20,237 nt of DNA from Candidatus Fervidifonticultor quintus. GTDB taxonomy: Bacteria; Sysuimicrobiota; Sysuimicrobiia; Sysuimicrobiales; Humicultoraceae. The notes beneath the pieces were generated by a model. It was given only the letters and a program-made list of their open reading frames with translations, did no database searches and was not told where the DNA came from. The position numbers and the translations under genes are program-made. Position 1 is the first letter of the stretch, and every line of letters starts with the position of its first letter. The stretch lies in NCBI GenBank assembly GCA_031459535.1, contig JAVKIJ010000057.1:1-20237 (forward strand). The letters are read 5' to 3'. Positions 16,775-20,237 of this stretch are shown in pieces.

Positions 16775-17308
16775 ATGGACGCCTATCGGTGCATCGTGAC
16801 CAAGCGAGACCTGCGGACCTACGACGATCGGCCCATTGCCCAAGACCTGTTGTTGCGGATCCTCGACGCCGGCCGGCGCAGCGGCAGCGCCCGCAACCGC
16901 CAGCCGTGGGAGTTCATCGTGGTGACTGAGCGGGCCCAGCGGGGGCGGCTCGCGCGGTGCGGTCGCTTTGCGCGGCACCTCGCGACGGCGGCTGCGGTGA
17001 TCGTGCTGGTCGTGGACGCGGCCCGCGACCTCTTCGATGCCGGCCGGTGCGCGCAGAACATGATGCTGGCGGCCTGGAGCGCCGGGGTCGCCTCGTGCCC
17101 GGCCACGCTGCACGACGAGGATTGCGCCCGCGAGGTGCTCGGCCTGCCGGCCGGACGGGTGGTCGCCACGGCCATTGCGCTGGGGTACCCTCATCCTGCC
17201 GGACGGGGCCGCATCGAGAGCATGGCGCTGCGGATCCTGGTCGCCCGCGGCCGGAAACCCCTGGCCGCCCTCCTGCACTGGAACCGGTACGGAGCGCGGG
17301 AGGCCTAG
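16775..17308 (+). CDS. nitroreductase family protein
   Basis: Motifs IVTKRDLRTY, GSARNRQPWEFIVV, DAGRCAQNMMLAAWSAGVASC and IALGYP. Confidence 0.9.
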   Translation: MDAYRCIVTKRDLRTYDDRPIAQDLLLRILDAGRRSGSARNRQPWEFIVVTERAQRGRLARCGRFARHLATAAAVIVLVVDAARDLFDAGRCAQNMMLAAWSAGVASCPATLHDEDCAREVLGLPAGRVVATAIALGYPHPAGRGRIESMALRILVARGRKPLAALLHWNRYGAREA

Positions 17309-18117
17309 GACGGCACCTGCGACCAGTGCGGCCGGGCCCAGGCCACGTACCGCTCGGCCAGCACGGTGAGCGGCTTGCGCGCCGCCGTGAACTCCTCGGC
17401 GAGCCGGGCCAGGATCCGGGCGAGCGTCGGGTGAGACGGTGTGAAGTGATCGGCAGCCAGCCGGTAGAACCGGCGGCCCTCGGCTTCGTAGTCCTCGAGC
17501 TGGTACCGCCGGCGCACGGTCGCTTCTGGATGCTCGGCCGCCGCGATCGGCAGCCGCCGGCCCCGCAACACCGCGTCGGGAAAGAGCCCGGTGGTGAACA
17601 GGGCGATATCCCCGATCCGCCGGAAGACCAGGGGCCGCAGGGCGGGCTCCACCAGGCCCGCGAGCTCCATCATGTCGTCCATGCTGGCGGTGTTCAGCCG
17701 ACGAGCCGGCCACAGGGCCGTCGGCTGCCGGACGACCATGGTCTCGTTGCGCTCGAACGACACCAGCAACTCGACCAGGTACTCGAACATTTCCCGGGAC
17801 CGCAGCAGATTGTGCGACGCTCCGGCGTCGAAGACCACCACGCGGCCATCGGCGTGCACCCGCTCCACGGTGTAGGGCGTCTCGGCGAAATCCCGTCGAA
17901 TGCGGCGCAGAAGCACGGTGAAGAGGAATCGCGACGAGAGCTCCACCACCAGATGCTGCTCGGCTCGCAGGCGCTTGAGGATCCGGTCGTCCTCGAGATA
18001 CGGCTCAACCTGCTCGGGATCGGCGCGCCAGGCGCGCACCAGATGGCCGGCCCGCTGGGCATCACCGCCGGCCACCGTCGCGGCCAGGAATTGCAGGTCC
18101 CCCTCCGTGAACCGCAC
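17305..18117 (-). CDS. conserved hypothetical protein (mainly alpha-helical)
   Basis: Long frame with protein-like composition and a conserved-looking core RRIGDIALFTTGLFPD...YEAEGRRFYRLAA. The GTG at 18117 follows a G-rich SD-like stretch. Confidence 0.75.
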   Translation of the reverse strand: MRFTEGDLQFLAATVAGGDAQRAGHLVRAWRADPEQVEPYLEDDRILKRLRAEQHLVVELSSRFLFTVLLRRIRRDFAETPYTVERVHADGRVVVFDAGASHNLLRSREMFEYLVELLVSFERNETMVVRQPTALWPARRLNTASMDDMMELAGLVEPALRPLVFRRIGDIALFTTGLFPDAVLRGRRLPIAAAEHPEATVRRRYQLEDYEAEGRRFYRLAADHFTPSHPTLARILARLAEEFTAARKPLTVLAERYVAWARPHWSQVPS

Positions 18118-18189
18118 GTCCGCACCCCCACGTATCCGGTGGTGTCCATTCTCTAATATAACGCGCTCCCCCGCGGTGGCTGTTTCACC

Positions 18190-18218
18190 TTCACGGGTAC
18201 CCGGGCGCGGGCTATAAT
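18190..18218 (+). promoter_or_regulatory. sigma70 promoter for the secreted protein gene
   Basis: -35-like TTCACG (18190-18195), 17-nt spacer and perfect TATAAT (18213-18218). Confidence 0.6.
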
Positions 18219-18228
18219 GCTTGGCGGC

Positions 18229-19044
18229 ATGGGATGGGTGCCGGGATCCCGCCGCCCCCGACGGGCGGGCCTTGCGTGCGTGGTGGCGCTGTTGTTGTCC
18301 GCGGCGGCGGCCGCGCAACCTGTGACCATCGACACCCTGCTGGGCCGCATCTACAACGAACCCAACCCTCAACCGTACACCATGACCGCCGACTACTCCG
18401 CGGAGTTCGTCATCAACATCCCCACGGGCAAGGTCACAGTTCGTGCCCTGGGCACCATCGTGGAGTCGCGATCCGCCCAGGGGGAACCGCGGCAGCGCAA
18501 GGCCACGGTCACGCGGCTCGACGTTCCCCTCCTGCTGCGGCCGTTCTCTGGCTCGATCCGCAAGGTGGTGACCGATCTCATCGAGGTCGAGCAGAAGCCC
18601 GGCGAGATCCTCCCTCTCATGGACGTTTTCATGGTCGAAGAGCGACCGCCAAACCAGTACCTGGTTGGCGGGGTGCGCCGCGACATCGTCACGGAGACCA
18701 TGCGCAAGTATGGGCAGGGTGCCTCTGTGGAAGATGGCGCCGCCCGGCGCGCCATCGCCAAGTGGCTCTGGTCGCCGAGCCAGCGCGCTTCCATCGTGCG
18801 CCCGGGTCCCGGGCCGTACATGCTCACCGCCCTGGTGGACGACGGCGGCCTGCTCCACCAGCTCACGCTGGCCTACGATTGGGGACAGGTGGGGAACCGC
18901 ATCACGTTCGTGTCCATCGGCGGGCGGCCGTTCTGGCGCCAGGTCGTCAGCGACTCCTCATCGGACGTCCCCGGTCTGGGCCGTGTGGACGGCAGGATGA
19001 CGCTGCTGGTCCAGAATCACTGCCTCAACTGCGCGCCGCGCTGA
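18229..19044 (+). CDS. hypothetical exported protein with C-terminal CxxC
   Basis: Signal peptide (RRPRR, hydrophobic core, AAA-Q), beta-rich body and C-terminal HCLNCAPR. Codons are strongly GC3-biased. Confidence 0.8.
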   Translation: MGWVPGSRRPRRAGLACVVALLLSAAAAAQPVTIDTLLGRIYNEPNPQPYTMTADYSAEFVINIPTGKVTVRALGTIVESRSAQGEPRQRKATVTRLDVPLLLRPFSGSIRKVVTDLIEVEQKPGEILPLMDVFMVEERPPNQYLVGGVRRDIVTETMRKYGQGASVEDGAARRAIAKWLWSPSQRASIVRPGPGPYMLTALVDDGGLLHQLTLAYDWGQVGNRITFVSIGGRPFWRQVVSDSSSDVPGLGRVDGRMTLLVQNHCLNCAPR

Positions 19045-19053
19045 CCGAGGAGT

Positions 19054-19299
19054 TCATCTGGGAGCATGACCGACATCGTCGATGCGCTCCAATCCCCGCA
19101 GCAGCGACGAGGAGAGACGCCACCCGACCCGGAGGCGGAATGCCAGCCGGCCATCCGGGCCGTCGTAGAACCGCGGGCGCGCCTCACAGCCCAGATGGCG
19201 CAGCCGGGCCGCCAGTTGGTCCTGAATCTGCCAGCGCTCTACATCCGTGCGAGGCCGGTAGGCCGTCGTCACCTCTGCCCACAGGAGCGTCTGGCGCAC
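19054..19299 (-). CDS. small hypothetical protein (81 aa)
   Basis: High GC3 and protein-like composition, filling the gap between plus-strand genes. The RBS is weak and the strand is uncertain. Confidence 0.45.
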   Translation of the reverse strand: MRQTLLWAEVTTAYRPRTDVERWQIQDQLAARLRHLGCEARPRFYDGPDGRLAFRLRVGWRLSSSLLRGLERIDDVGHAPR

Positions 19300-19411
19300 C
19301 GTAGCGATCGGTTCACCACCTCACTGGGCGCGGCAGGTGCTCGGCGAGGAAGGCGGGAAGCATCAACCCGGCCTGGGGCGTTGTACACAGAGTGGGAGCC
19401 GGCCATCGGTT

Positions 19412-19762
19412 ATGCGTATTGAGTTCCTCTACTGGGAAGATTGTCCTTCGCATCCGGAGACGCTGGCGCGCCTCCGGCAGGCCATGGCCGAAGAGGGCGT
19501 GACCGGCGACATCGACATTGTCACCATTGATACGGACGAGAAGGCCGAACGGTACCGCTTCCCCGGCTCCCCGACCATCCGCATCGATGGCGTCGATCTG
19601 CAACCCGAGGGCGCCCAGGGGCAGGCCCGGCTCACCTGCCGCACCTATCGCACCGAAGACGGCCGGCTCTCGCCCCTGCCGACGCTCACCATGATCCGGC
19701 GCGCGCTGCGGGCGCGCCAGCACACTACCGAGGAGGGCGATCATGGCTCTAGCCATTCGTGA
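19412..19762 (+). CDS. small thioredoxin-fold protein (DF family / DUF2703-like)
   Basis: MRIEFLYWEDCPSH, cis-Pro motif FPGSPTIRIDGVDL and LTCRTY...PLP. Confidence 0.8.
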   Translation: MRIEFLYWEDCPSHPETLARLRQAMAEEGVTGDIDIVTIDTDEKAERYRFPGSPTIRIDGVDLQPEGAQGQARLTCRTYRTEDGRLSPLPTLTMIRRALRARQHTTEEGDHGSSHS

Positions 19763-20237
19763 CCGTTTGATTCCATTCTCACTCCCCGCCACAGACGGGA
19801 CCATGGTCTCTGCCGACCAGTTTGCCGACAAGCCCGTGCTCGGGGTCGTGTTCTGGTGCAATCACTGCCCCTACGTGAAGGCGTGGGAGGATCGGGTGAT
19901 CGCCATCGGGCACACGTACGCCGGGCGCGGGGTGCAGTTGGTCCTCATCAACAGCAACGACCCGGTCAAGTACCCGGACGACTCCTTCGAAGCCATGAAG
20001 GCCCGTGCTGCGGAGAAAGCCTACCCCTTCCCCTATGCGTTCGACGCCTCGCAGGAGGTGGCCCGGCAGTACGGGGCGACCCGGACCCCGGAGATCTTCC
20101 TCTTCGACCAGAGCCGGGTCCTGCGCTATCACGGCGCGCCTGACGACAACTTCGAGAACCCCAATGCAGTCACGGCGCACTACCTGCGGGACGCCATCGA
20201 GGCGCTCCTGGCCGGGCGGGATCCCGCCGTGTCAACG
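19743..20237 (+). CDS. thioredoxin family / AhpC-TSA redoxin (partial, runs off the right edge)
   Basis: Not in the ORF track because it has no stop in the window. ATG after GAGGAGG; it reads MALAIRDRLIPFSLPATDG...VVFWCNHCPYV...INSND...DSFEAM...YPFPYAFDASQEVARQYGATRTPE...YHGAPDD. Confidence 0.92.
   Translation, partial: MALAIRDRLIPFSLPATDGTMVSADQFADKPVLGVVFWCNHCPYVKAWEDRVIAIGHTYAGRGVQLVLINSNDPVKYPDDSFEAMKARAAEKAYPFPYAFDASQEVARQYGATRTPEIFLFDQSRVLRYHGAPDDNFENPNAVTAHYLRDAIEALLAGRDPAVST

Noticed and set aside
18118..18858. N-terminal half of the 517-aa minus-strand ORF
   Set aside because: It is antisense to the exported protein gene and spans the divergent promoter region; the plausible start is the GTG at 18117.
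19066..19422. 118-aa plus-strand ORF
   Set aside because: It is in antisense codon register to the 81-aa minus ORF and has shadow-like composition. It is not fully excluded, because GGGAG precedes its ATG.
19760..19762. TGA of the small thioredoxin-fold gene as a selenocysteine codon
   Set aside because: It lies after the domain ends, inside the next gene, and not at a catalytic position.

Overview
High-GC (about 70%, judged by eye), gene-dense bacterial chromosomal segment, mostly on the minus strand. No integrase, transposase, CRISPR array or rRNA is visible. From left to right: the 5' part of a T-box riboswitch with a sigma70-type promoter, reading off the left edge (likely Thr/ACC specifier); a cluster of a GGT-family hydrolase, a secreted NHL beta-propeller, DUF917 and AroM; an N-terminally truncated FGGY sugar kinase directly behind a tRNA-Val(GAC); an LLM oxidoreductase ending a PotABCD-like ABC transporter operon; a polar amino acid ABC binding protein and permease (no ATPase) behind a glyoxylate reductase-like dehydrogenase; rlmD flanked by two nitroreductases; several hypothetical genes; and a pair of thioredoxin-fold genes at the right edge. 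The best candidates for something undescribed are the T-box with an extra hairpin in Stem I and the GGT/NHL/DUF917/AroM catabolic-looking module. All calls come from motif recognition by eye; no searches were run.
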